64,000 nt of DNA from Acidiferrobacteraceae bacterium. GTDB taxonomy: Bacteria; Pseudomonadota; Gammaproteobacteria; Arenicellales; UBA868. Positions 40,063 through 49,100 of the stretch are shown here, in pieces. Under the pieces are notes generated by a model. The model made no database searches, was not told the DNA's origin, and worked only from the letters and a program-made list of their open reading frames with translations. The first letter of the stretch is position 1, and every line of letters starts with the position of its first letter. The position numbers and the translations under genes are program-made. The DNA lies in NCBI GenBank assembly GCA_002724185.1, contig PBOB01000010.1:22809-86808 (forward strand), written 5' to 3'.

Positions 40063-40929
40063 CTATTTTCGCCTCAGTTTCTTGATAATTGGTAGTTCAC
40101 TTTCGTAAACTCGTTTTTTGCCATCGCCCATCATTTCCTCAAGACCTCTTATGTATTTAACCATTCGTTGAAAGGCCATTGGTTCCAGCGATGCTGCTTG
40201 ATCTGATCCCCACATTGCTCTATCTAAAGTTAAATGCCGTTCGATTACGCAAGCACCTAGTACGGCAGCGGCAAAGCTTGGGATAAAGATGACTTCGTGA
40301 CCGGAATAGCCAATAGGCACCTGATAGTGCTGTTCTAGTGCAGCGATAGCTCTCAAATTTAGTTCTTTAGGCTCGGACGGATAAGTGCTAGTGCAGTGTA
40401 ATAGAACTAAGTCTTTCTTCCCAAGAATCTTAACTGCGTGGTCTATCTGAGCCATAGTACTCATACCGGTAGAAAGAATAATCGGCATAGGATAATTGCG
40501 ATGATGTTTTAATAGCCCATCGTCTGTTAAAGAAGCGGAGGCAATTTTAAAGAAAGTAGGCTGAAATTGTTGAATAAAGTCTACAGAGTCTTCATCCCAA
40601 CAGGATGCTGTCCAAATCATTCCCAATTCATTACAGTAGCTATTGATTTCAGTGTATTCGTCGATGCCAAACTCAAGCCCCCTTTTCAAATCTCCATTTT
40701 TTGTGCCAAAAGGGGATTCTCGATCCATAGCTAGTTCGTCAGCACTGTAAACTACATCTACGGTTCGTTTCTGAAACTTGACTGCATCAGCGCCACACTC
40801 TTTTGCTGCGGTTATCAATTTCTTCGCAAGTTCTAGGTTGCCGTTATGATTAATGCCAATTTCGGCGACTACAAATGTGCGACACCCAGGACCAATTTCG
40901 TGATCGCCAACATGTACACTTGTGATCAT
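40063..40929 (-). CDS. NeuB-family (sialic-acid-synthase-like) TIM-barrel enzyme lacking the SAF domain
   Basis: 288 aa. Segments FVVAEIGINHNGNLELAKKLITAAKECGADAVKFQKRT, ILSTGMST, LLHCTSTYPS and GYSGHE. The protein ends about 60 aa short of canonical NeuB/PseI, so it has no SAF domain. Confidence 0.75.
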   Translation of the reverse strand: MITSVHVGDHEIGPGCRTFVVAEIGINHNGNLELAKKLITAAKECGADAVKFQKRTVDVVYSADELAMDRESPFGTKNGDLKRGLEFGIDEYTEINSYCNELGMIWTASCWDEDSVDFIQQFQPTFFKIASASLTDDGLLKHHRNYPMPIILSTGMSTMAQIDHAVKILGKKDLVLLHCTSTYPSEPKELNLRAIAALEQHYQVPIGYSGHEVIFIPSFAAAVLGACVIERHLTLDRAMWGSDQAASLEPMAFQRMVKYIRGLEEMMGDGKKRVYESELPIIKKLRRK

Positions 40930-41399
40930 GGTGTTATTAAGACCTCAATACGGTTTGTCTAGTATATCCAACTCTAAAGAATTCATTTTACACGTTTTTG
41001 GCCGCCGTAGATATTTGAATAATCAGCTGTGCTTTGAGCTAATTTGTTCAGAAGTTCTCGTCCTTTTGACATATGTGCTATAAGGGTCGCCCAGATTGGC
41101 AATTGGCCAAGGAAAAACTTACTACTTGTTGGCGTTATAAGGCTCGTGCTATATGTGATGGTAATATTATTGCAAAACAATCCATGGTTATTGCAGAACG
41201 TTATCTAAATGCGGCCTCGCCAGGTATTGCGCCCGGTTTCCGGGGTTTGAACGGTTTCTTACTGTAGAATGGGCTTGTGGTATTTACTAGGAAGGTGCCG
41301 AGACTCGGTGATTTTGGCGCGTATCGGAGTATTTTTTTTGCTAAATGATGCGTTAGTATTTCTGTTAATCTAGATTTAGTTTATGAGAGTATGTGAATT

Positions 41400-42491
41400 A
41401 TGTACAAAGTACTAATTTATGGAGCTGGATCAATTGGTAATCACCTATGTTTTGCATGTAGACAAAGAGGTTGGCATGTTGAGATGTTTGATGTAGATGC
41501 GGCCGCCTTAGATCGCACAAGAAAAGAAATTTATCCAACGCGGTACGGAGAATGGGATTCTGAGATACTGTTATCGGAATCTTTAGATAGTTCAAAACAT
41601 TATGATCTTATTATTGTCGGTACGCCACCAGATAGCCATGCGAATCTCGTAACGGATATACTAGCTAGCTATAGTCCACGAGTATTGCTAGTTGAAAAGC
41701 CTCTTTGCACGCCAAATCTAGATGGATTGGATGCAGTTGTGAAGGCGGGTAACGATTGTGACTCTCTTGTACTCGTTGGATATAATCACAATTTAACAAA
41801 GAATACTCAGCGTGCAGAAGTTATTTTGAATAAGGGAGACATTGGCATCCCGAAATCAATTCATGTTCGTTGGTTGGAGCATTGGGGAGGCATATTCAAT
41901 GCCCACCCATGGCTGGATGGTCCCGCTGATACCTATTTGGGTTATTTCCAGCGAGGTGGTGGGGCTTGCGCTGAGCATTCTCACGCGGTCAGTTTATGGC
42001 AGCACTTTGCAAACGTTCTAAAGGTCGGATGTGTTATCAACGTAACGGCGATTATGGATATCCACAAAGATGGCATTGTCGAGTATGATCAAACCGCGCA
42101 AATACTGTTGACTACTGAAAGCGGATTGATAGGATCTGTCATACAGGACGTGATTACCGAGCCCCCCCAAAAGACTATGCGGATTCAAGGCACGAAGGGA
42201 TATTTAGAATGGTACGCTAACTATGATGACTCTCACGATGCAATTATCTATAAACTTGATAATGAAGAGAGGTCTATAGAGATGTTTGAGAAAACACGAC
42301 CCGATGATTTTAGAGGGCAGATGGACCAGATAGCAGATTTACTGGCAGGTAAGCGACAACTAAAGCACATTAATGGCCTTCTCGAGGCAGCTAAGACTAT
42401 GGAAATTATTTCGGCAGCTCATGTTTCCCATAAGGTAGGCCATTCTGTTGATTTGCAAAACTTAGGCTGGCAGGATGTTCTTGTGCATTAA
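41400..42491 (+). CDS. Gfo/Idh/MocA-like NAD(P)-dependent oxidoreductase
   Basis: 363 aa with an N-terminal Rossmann motif LIYGAGSIGNH and the EKP motif (LLVEKPLC). Substrate is unknown. Confidence 0.6.
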   Translation: MYKVLIYGAGSIGNHLCFACRQRGWHVEMFDVDAAALDRTRKEIYPTRYGEWDSEILLSESLDSSKHYDLIIVGTPPDSHANLVTDILASYSPRVLLVEKPLCTPNLDGLDAVVKAGNDCDSLVLVGYNHNLTKNTQRAEVILNKGDIGIPKSIHVRWLEHWGGIFNAHPWLDGPADTYLGYFQRGGGACAEHSHAVSLWQHFANVLKVGCVINVTAIMDIHKDGIVEYDQTAQILLTTESGLIGSVIQDVITEPPQKTMRIQGTKGYLEWYANYDDSHDAIIYKLDNEERSIEMFEKTRPDDFRGQMDQIADLLAGKRQLKHINGLLEAAKTMEIISAAHVSHKVGHSVDLQNLGWQDVLVH

Positions 42492-42531
42492 TGCCAGCTC
42501 AAAATCATATAGTTAATTAAACTAGCAGCAT

Positions 42532-44037
42532 ATGAAAAAATTCGACTTTAACGATTTGTTCATTTTAGATCTCGCCAACAACCATCAGGGTGATACTGAT
42601 CATGCTAAAAACATAATTGATTCGCTTGCGAGTGTGGCGCGAGATGCACAGGTACGAGCTGCAATTAAGTTTCAATTTAGACAGTTAGAAACGTTCATTC
42701 ATCCCAATCATCAGAAAGATTCACAAGCAAAACATATACCAAGATTTATTGAGACTAGACTCGATATTGGCGCATATGCTGACTTGTTAGCGAGAGTTCG
42801 TGACCATGGGATGGTAGCCATGTGCACTCCTTTTGATGAAGAGTCTGTCGCATTAATTGATAAGATGGGTTTTGATGCTATTAAGGTTGCCAGTTGCAGT
42901 GTGACTGATAGACCCTTGCTAGAAGCTGTAGTATCTGTAGGTCTTCCAGTGGTTATTTCGACGGGTGGTGCAATGATAAGTGATATAGATAGGGTGGTTA
43001 ATTTGATGTCCACAAATAATATTCCTTTTGCGCTTGAGCATTGTGTTTCCATTTATCCTACTGAGATGGCCCAGTTACAACTCAACCAAATCACAGTGCT
43101 CCGGGAACGATACCCAGGAATACCAGTTGGATGGTCAACCCATGAAGATCCTGATGACACGATTACCGTCCAGTTGGCCTATGCTAAAGGTGCCGTGTTA
43201 TACGAGCGACATGTTGGTGTAGAAACAGAAAAATATAAACTCAATAAATATTCATCTACACCTACTCAAATTAAATCGTGGCTTTTGGCGCATCAATGCG
43301 CTGTAAAGCGTTGTGGGTCTTTACATCGTGGACCAGTGCAGATTGCAGAAGCAGAAGCGTTAATGTCACTAAAAAGGGGCGTTTTTGCGTCTCGTGATAT
43401 TGTTGCTGGCTCAGAAATTCAGCGAACAGACGTTTTTTTTGCTATGCCCGCCGAAAATGATGGACTTTTTACATCAGATTGGCAGGATGGCTATATCGCT
43501 GACAGGAACTATACAATCGGTCAGTCTATATCAAGTGAAGTCGCAAAATTTGATGAAACCGAAGACCAATTGATCGATAAAATTATGCTACAAGTTAGAG
43601 GCATGTTACATGTTGCAAGAATTGAGTTAGCTGATTCCAGCAAGATAGAAATATCGCACCATTATGGTCTTAGAAGATTTAGAGAGTTTGGGGCAGTAAT
43701 TATTGATGTAATAAATAGAGAGTATTGCAAGAAGTTAATTATTCAACTTCCGAGACAAAAGCATCCTTATCATTACCACAAGCGCAAGGAAGAAACGTTC
43801 CAAGTCTTATATGGTGAGTTAGAAGTTGAAAAGAACGGAAGCCCCAAGATTCTACAACCTGGAGATATTTTCCTAGTTGAACCGGAAGCGTGGCATAAAT
43901 TTTCTACTCAAGATGGCGTTATATTTGAGGAGATTTCAACGACACATTTCAATGATGATTCATTTTATGAGGATCAGGCAATTGCAAGACTACCTCGGGA
44001 AAAAAGAAAAACTCTGATTCAGAACTGGGAGTTCTAG
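42532..44037 (+). CDS. Tri-domain protein: NeuB-like barrel, SAF domain and a C-terminal cupin
   Basis: 501 aa. The NeuB-like part has LDLANNHQGDTDHAKNII...AAIKFQFR, VISTGGA, EHCVSIYPT and GWSTHE. The SAF-like part (RGVFASRDIVAGSEIQRTDVFFAMP) is at about nt 43370-43540. The cupin part (HPYHYHKRKEETFQVLYGELEV...GDIFLVEPEAWHKF) is at about nt 43690-44000. Confidence 0.7.
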   Translation: MKKFDFNDLFILDLANNHQGDTDHAKNIIDSLASVARDAQVRAAIKFQFRQLETFIHPNHQKDSQAKHIPRFIETRLDIGAYADLLARVRDHGMVAMCTPFDEESVALIDKMGFDAIKVASCSVTDRPLLEAVVSVGLPVVISTGGAMISDIDRVVNLMSTNNIPFALEHCVSIYPTEMAQLQLNQITVLRERYPGIPVGWSTHEDPDDTITVQLAYAKGAVLYERHVGVETEKYKLNKYSSTPTQIKSWLLAHQCAVKRCGSLHRGPVQIAEAEALMSLKRGVFASRDIVAGSEIQRTDVFFAMPAENDGLFTSDWQDGYIADRNYTIGQSISSEVAKFDETEDQLIDKIMLQVRGMLHVARIELADSSKIEISHHYGLRRFREFGAVIIDVINREYCKKLIIQLPRQKHPYHYHKRKEETFQVLYGELEVEKNGSPKILQPGDIFLVEPEAWHKFSTQDGVIFEEISTTHFNDDSFYEDQAIARLPREKRKTLIQNWEF

Positions 44038-44045
44038 TACTGCAA

Positions 44046-44696
44046 GTGACAACAATAAAGGCAGTTATTCTTGATTTTGATGGTACATTGGTAGATTCAA
44101 ACATGATCAAGATGAAGTCGTTTTTTGATGCCACAGAAAAAATCTCAGGGGTATCGGACTACCTAAAAGACTTACTAGATGCACAAAATGGTCTAAACCG
44201 ATATGAAATATTTGATCGAGTTACTGCTTGGTTAGGTAGAGCTGATGAGATGCCTTCATTATCTAAGGAGTTGTCAGATAGATATTCAGGCATATGTCAG
44301 TTAGCAATTAATAATTCTAAAGAGATACGGGGTGCAAGCCCTTTGCTTGCCCAGTTACAAAATACAGGCATGAAAGTATTTATCTGCTCAGCTACCCCCG
44401 ATGAGCATCTTTTGCCAATTGTTCAACATCGAGAATGGCATAGTTTGGTCGAGGGGGTATACGGTGTGCCACCATCGAAATTCGAACGTATCAAACAGTT
44501 AATTGGAAAATATGGATATTCTAGAAGAGAAGTTATGATGATTGGAGATCAGCAGTCAGATTATTCAATAGCTTTGGCATTGGGCTGTCGCTTTATCGGT
44601 GTAGGGAATGACCAACAGAAGTGGGATAATGAATATTTCCCAAAATTAATCGTAGAGGACTTAAGGGAAGTACCAGAACTTCTTTACTTAGATTAG
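44046..44696 (+). CDS. HAD-superfamily hydrolase (probable sugar-phosphate phosphatase)
   Basis: 216 aa with a GTG start. HAD motif I is ILDFDGTLVDS, motif II has a Ser/Thr in ICSAT, and motif IV is MIGDQQSD. Confidence 0.7.
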   Translation: MTTIKAVILDFDGTLVDSNMIKMKSFFDATEKISGVSDYLKDLLDAQNGLNRYEIFDRVTAWLGRADEMPSLSKELSDRYSGICQLAINNSKEIRGASPLLAQLQNTGMKVFICSATPDEHLLPIVQHREWHSLVEGVYGVPPSKFERIKQLIGKYGYSRREVMMIGDQQSDYSIALALGCRFIGVGNDQQKWDNEYFPKLIVEDLREVPELLYLD

Positions 44697-44729
44697 AGAT
44701 TTGTCAGTTTATGGTAACGAGGCGTTCAT

Positions 44730-45434
44730 ATGTACAAGAATCGTAGAATTCTAGCAATTGTACCCGCCCGTGGTGGCAGCAAAGGTATTAAGCTAAAAAA
44801 TCTGATTTCTGTTGGTGGCGTCTCTTTAATTAGCAGAGTAGGGCTCGTCATTCAGCAATTACCATTTCTTGATAGAGCAATAATTTCAACCGACCATAGT
44901 GGCATTGCAGAGACTGCAAGAAGTGCTGGCATAGAAGCGCCGTTTACCCGGCCGGAGTCATTGTCTGGCGACACAATATCTGATGTTGAAGTGCTTTCCC
45001 ACGCATTATTGGAAGCAGAAAAATCAGAAAAATATCAGTTTGACGTTATAGTCATGCTGCAGCCTACTAGTCCGTTTCGAACTCCTGAGATAGTAATTGA
45101 AGCATGTGATAAATTAATCGAAGGTAATTATGATTCAGTAGTGACAGTCAGCAGAACTGATTCTAAGGGGCATCCGTTAAAGCAGTTTGTTGTTAAGGAA
45201 AATACCCTCAGATATTATGATGAACGGGGCAAGGGAATTATAGCGCGTCAACAGCTGGATCCAGTTTATCACCGGAATGGTCTTGCTTATGTGATGACCC
45301 GAGATTGTTTGTTGGTTCAAAAGACGGTTATTGGAAGTCATACTTTCCCGATAGTAGCGGAAGAATATGTCCCGAACATAGATTCATACGATGACATATA
45401 CTATGCTGAATATCTGCTAAGTAGGCAGACCTAA
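44730..45434 (+). CDS. Acylneuraminate (CMP-nonulosonate) cytidylyltransferase family protein
   Basis: 234 aa with N-terminus ILAIVPARGGSKGIKLKNL and the segment LQPTSPFR. Confidence 0.85.
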   Translation: MYKNRRILAIVPARGGSKGIKLKNLISVGGVSLISRVGLVIQQLPFLDRAIISTDHSGIAETARSAGIEAPFTRPESLSGDTISDVEVLSHALLEAEKSEKYQFDVIVMLQPTSPFRTPEIVIEACDKLIEGNYDSVVTVSRTDSKGHPLKQFVVKENTLRYYDERGKGIIARQQLDPVYHRNGLAYVMTRDCLLVQKTVIGSHTFPIVAEEYVPNIDSYDDIYYAEYLLSRQT

Positions 45435-45483
45435 TTCTGCTCCATCGCATTCCTTCTTTGGGGCACTAACCGAGGATACTAAG

Positions 45484-46992
45484 TTGGGACAGCGATTGCA
45501 GACAGTCTCTGTATGGATACTAAGATTAGCAATAGGCTTATGGTCGCTGGTATTCCTCTATTACCTTCAGCTTCAACGTGACAATTTAATAGCGAGCAAT
45601 TTTACGCTATATATCACGGTAGCGATTCTGATTGTAGTTTTTGTATCTGTTTTGGTTAGTGGGATGATCAAAGTTAGACACAGAAGCAATGCGACATTGG
45701 CTATTTTTTCAGTTTTCATTGCTTTATATCTAGCTGAGGCGATGCATTTGTCACTTTTTTACTATCCAGGATTTCCAGAATATAGTCCACCTATATCAAT
45801 CGATCCTGATGTGCGTCTTAAAGCCTATCAGCAGAATGTAAATCTCGACAAAAGAAACCAGTTTGAAGTAGTTAGAGATTTAAGATTGAGAGGTATCGAT
45901 GGGTACCCAGCGTTCTTGGTAAATAACAGGAAAGAATGGGGGGAGTTGTGGTTAACCGATAAGAGAATATGGCCACTTGGTGGTCACTCAAATAAGACGA
46001 CAGTACATTGTAATGAAAGTGGGTATTGGGCAAAGTATCAGAGTGATGAGAGAGGCTTTAATAATCCTCTAGGAAGTTGGGAAATGGACGAAGCTTCACA
46101 GATCGATCTATTACTCCTGGGCGATTCATTTGTTCATGGCGCATGTGTTAATGGTGGTGACGACTATGGAGGTCTTTTGAGATCAGAAGAAAAAAGAGTA
46201 GTTAATCTAGGCCAACGTGGAAATGGGCCGATATTAAATTTTGCTGGTCTCGTCGAGTATGGACTGGAACTGAAACCAAGAAAGATACTTTGGTTTTACA
46301 CAGAGAATAACGACTTAATAAACTTGCGTGCAGAAGCCAGTAATGTTTTCCTTAGAAACTATCTCACGCCTGGCTTTAGTCAAGACCTTCGAAATCGTGT
46401 GGCAGAAGTTGATCATACAGTTAATATCATGACAAATAAGCATTGGAACCGAATAGATGAGCTGCAAGAAGTAGAGCCGATTGATATGATTCGTTATTGG
46501 GTTAGTTTGCGCTCACTCCGAAAAAGATTCGGACTTGAGGCTGCGCCTCAATCAGAGGGAGACACACAGTACAAAGTTGATAAGGCGATAGCATTATTGA
46601 ACGAGGGACGATCTACTGCAGACTTTAATGATGTTGATGCGTCTTCTTCGAAGAAACAGGCTCAGAACGTTGACACATATTTGGCTGAGCAAGAACTTTT
46701 TGTATTGATTCTTCAAAAAGCAATCAATCTGGCTACTCGATGGAATGGTGAAGTTGTATTCGTGTATGTTCCAGGAGGCGATCGATTTATGGACAGGTTG
46801 CAGTCCCCACTTAATCAAAAAGATACTGTTATTGATCGAGTGAGAGATCTTGGTGTTGATGTGATTGACCTAACCGAGGCATTCAACAAATTAAGTGACC
46901 CAATGACTATGTTTCCATTTGGTAGAGGAGGTCACTATAACTCTCTAGGATATGCATACACTTCTAAGCATATCCTTCGTAACTTAGAGTGA
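45484..46992 (+). CDS. Membrane-anchored SGNH/GDSL-like protein (possible glycan O-acyl transferase or esterase)
   Basis: 502 aa with a TTG start and 3-4 N-terminal helices. SGNH-like blocks: LLLGDSFVHG (block I), GQRGNGP (block II), YTENNDL (block III) and GGHYNSLGY near the C-terminus. Confidence 0.45.
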   Translation: MGQRLQTVSVWILRLAIGLWSLVFLYYLQLQRDNLIASNFTLYITVAILIVVFVSVLVSGMIKVRHRSNATLAIFSVFIALYLAEAMHLSLFYYPGFPEYSPPISIDPDVRLKAYQQNVNLDKRNQFEVVRDLRLRGIDGYPAFLVNNRKEWGELWLTDKRIWPLGGHSNKTTVHCNESGYWAKYQSDERGFNNPLGSWEMDEASQIDLLLLGDSFVHGACVNGGDDYGGLLRSEEKRVVNLGQRGNGPILNFAGLVEYGLELKPRKILWFYTENNDLINLRAEASNVFLRNYLTPGFSQDLRNRVAEVDHTVNIMTNKHWNRIDELQEVEPIDMIRYWVSLRSLRKRFGLEAAPQSEGDTQYKVDKAIALLNEGRSTADFNDVDASSSKKQAQNVDTYLAEQELFVLILQKAINLATRWNGEVVFVYVPGGDRFMDRLQSPLNQKDTVIDRVRDLGVDVIDLTEAFNKLSDPMTMFPFGRGGHYNSLGYAYTSKHILRNLE

Positions 46993-47027
46993 CAAGGTTA
47001 GGTGCAGTATGCGCCTTGTGATATTGC

Positions 47028-48938
47028 CTAATTGTTTTCTAGCCAAGATTGAAACATTACGATAGACCAAAGTAGTTCACTGTGCTGCGAGGCACCATCT
47101 TTGTGGGCACGCAGTATTGCTGATATAGTGGTAGGATCAAGAAATCCTTGATTTTTTATATTAGCGCTACTGAGCAGATCGCCAGCCCAGTCCTTAAGTG
47201 ATTGTCGGAGCCACGCATCTAACGGCACTGAAAATCCAGTTTTTGGCTGAGACCAGAGTTCATCTGGGAGATATTTCCGAAGTATCTGCCTTAACATCCA
47301 TTTAGTTTGAAAGTTTCGAATCTTTCTCTGTTTCGGCTGAGACCAGCTAAACTCGACAAGCCGATGATCAATCAGGGGTACTCGTACCTCTAGCCCAAAG
47401 GCCATACTACAGCGATCTACTTTGGTTAGGACATCGTCTGGTAAATAACGAATTGTATCAAGATATTGCATACGCTCCTGAAAATTAAGACCAGACTCTA
47501 TGGGTTGGATTCGTCCAGAATCTACCGCTAGAGATTGCAAAACAAGTTGTTGAGGAAAAGCTTCGACGGATGTCAAAGATTGATAGAGATCTTCAAACGA
47601 GTCTTCTTTTAGTGCGCGATGAAGCTTTTTGATTTTTTCCTGTGGTCGTCGCAATTTCAGTTGTTTAGATAGCAAAGGAAATAGATTGGTAGGGGTCATA
47701 GAGTCCAGCATGCCAACCAATTGATTTATAGCTTGTCGCGCATATGCTGGACTGTTGTTCACTATCGATAGAAGATTTGCCCATCGATAACGTTCGTATC
47801 CGCCAAACACCTCATCACCACCATCTCCGGAAAGGGCTACCTTGACTTCAGCACTTGCAAGTTTTGAAATTATTAATGATGGTATCTGCGAAGAATCAGA
47901 GAATGGTTCATCAAAATGATGGGTAAGGGCAGGAATCGTCTTAAGGACATCCTCTGATGATACGTGAATAGTCGTATGTTGCGTTCCCAAGTATTCTGCT
48001 ATTTTATTGGCATTTGTAGATTCATCAAAGTCAGCATCGCCAAAGCCAACTGAGAATGTTCTTATAGAGTCGTGCAGATATTCTTGGCTGATCGCTGTAA
48101 CTAGTGAACTATCTATGCCACCAGATAATAGAGTTCCTATAGGTACGTCAGCGATCGTTCTGATCGCAATCGCGTCTTTTAGAAGCTCATGAAGTTTCTC
48201 AACAGCTTCTACATCTGAATCTAATGACATAGATCGGTGGCGTATGTGATCTTGGAGGTTCCAATAGCATGATATGTGAACTGGTTGACCTGGCTTCCAT
48301 ACGAGAAAATGCCCAGGGAGTAATTTCTTAACATCCTTATATATACTTCGAGGTGCGGGAACATAACGATATTGAAAAAATAGGTTTAAAGAATCCTCGT
48401 CGATAGAGTTTGTAATATCCGGTACTATTTTCATGGCCTTTATTTCTGATGCAAATGCCAGATCTCCAGTGGTTCTCTGACCCCAGTAAAGTGGCTTTAT
48501 TCCTAATCGATCGCGCGCCAGGAAAAGTTTTCTTTCAGTGCGATCCCATAATGCAAATGCAAACATACCGGTAAGTTTAGGAAGCATCCTTTCTATACCC
48601 CAGACAGATAACCCCTCAAGTAAGACCTCGGTGTCTGAATTGCTTCGAAAGGAGCAGCCTTCTGAAATTAGTTGGTCTTTGAGTTTTTGATAGTTATAGA
48701 TTTCGCCATTGAAAGATATAATATATCTTCCGTTGCTCGACGCCATAGGTTGATGACCATCTTGGGTTAGATCGATCACTGAAAGACGTCTGTGGCCGAT
48801 AGCCAATGGTATATTGCTGTCAATCCAAACACCTTCATCATCTGGGCCTCTATGAGAAAGTGATCGAACCATGCGCTGACAGCAGGCCTTGAGCTCACCA
48901 TTCAAGGTATCGTGATAGATTCCGACAATCCCACACAT
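47028..48938 (-). CDS. Asparagine synthase (glutamine-hydrolysing) family amidotransferase
   Basis: 636 aa. N-terminal nucleophile MCGIVG, and the PP-loop segment LSGGIDSS. The glycan-cluster context suggests sugar-carboxylate amidation rather than Asn synthesis. Confidence 0.88.
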   Translation of the reverse strand: MCGIVGIYHDTLNGELKACCQRMVRSLSHRGPDDEGVWIDSNIPLAIGHRRLSVIDLTQDGHQPMASSNGRYIISFNGEIYNYQKLKDQLISEGCSFRSNSDTEVLLEGLSVWGIERMLPKLTGMFAFALWDRTERKLFLARDRLGIKPLYWGQRTTGDLAFASEIKAMKIVPDITNSIDEDSLNLFFQYRYVPAPRSIYKDVKKLLPGHFLVWKPGQPVHISCYWNLQDHIRHRSMSLDSDVEAVEKLHELLKDAIAIRTIADVPIGTLLSGGIDSSLVTAISQEYLHDSIRTFSVGFGDADFDESTNANKIAEYLGTQHTTIHVSSEDVLKTIPALTHHFDEPFSDSSQIPSLIISKLASAEVKVALSGDGGDEVFGGYERYRWANLLSIVNNSPAYARQAINQLVGMLDSMTPTNLFPLLSKQLKLRRPQEKIKKLHRALKEDSFEDLYQSLTSVEAFPQQLVLQSLAVDSGRIQPIESGLNFQERMQYLDTIRYLPDDVLTKVDRCSMAFGLEVRVPLIDHRLVEFSWSQPKQRKIRNFQTKWMLRQILRKYLPDELWSQPKTGFSVPLDAWLRQSLKDWAGDLLSSANIKNQGFLDPTTISAILRAHKDGASQHSELLWSIVMFQSWLENN

Positions 48939-49100
48939 AGAAAGTTTGTCTAAGTTGTTTGTTGAGGATCTATATGATCGATGTTCATCATTGAAGAATC
49001 CAAAGAAATATAGCTCATGGTGAATGGAGTCATTAGTTGCAATATATTAATAATTTAGCGTCAAAAAAATGTTCAATATAACTCCGAATATAGGAGTCAC

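Noticed and set aside
40930-41399. Two overlapping ~65-aa ORFs (40983-41180 minus, 41073-41267 plus) and a CCGAG-A-CTCGG mini-palindrome followed by a T-run (~41296-41340), in the divergent intergenic region.
   Set aside because: The ORFs have no motifs, overlap each other and sit in a likely promoter region. The palindrome has a 1-nt loop, so it is not a credible terminator hairpin.
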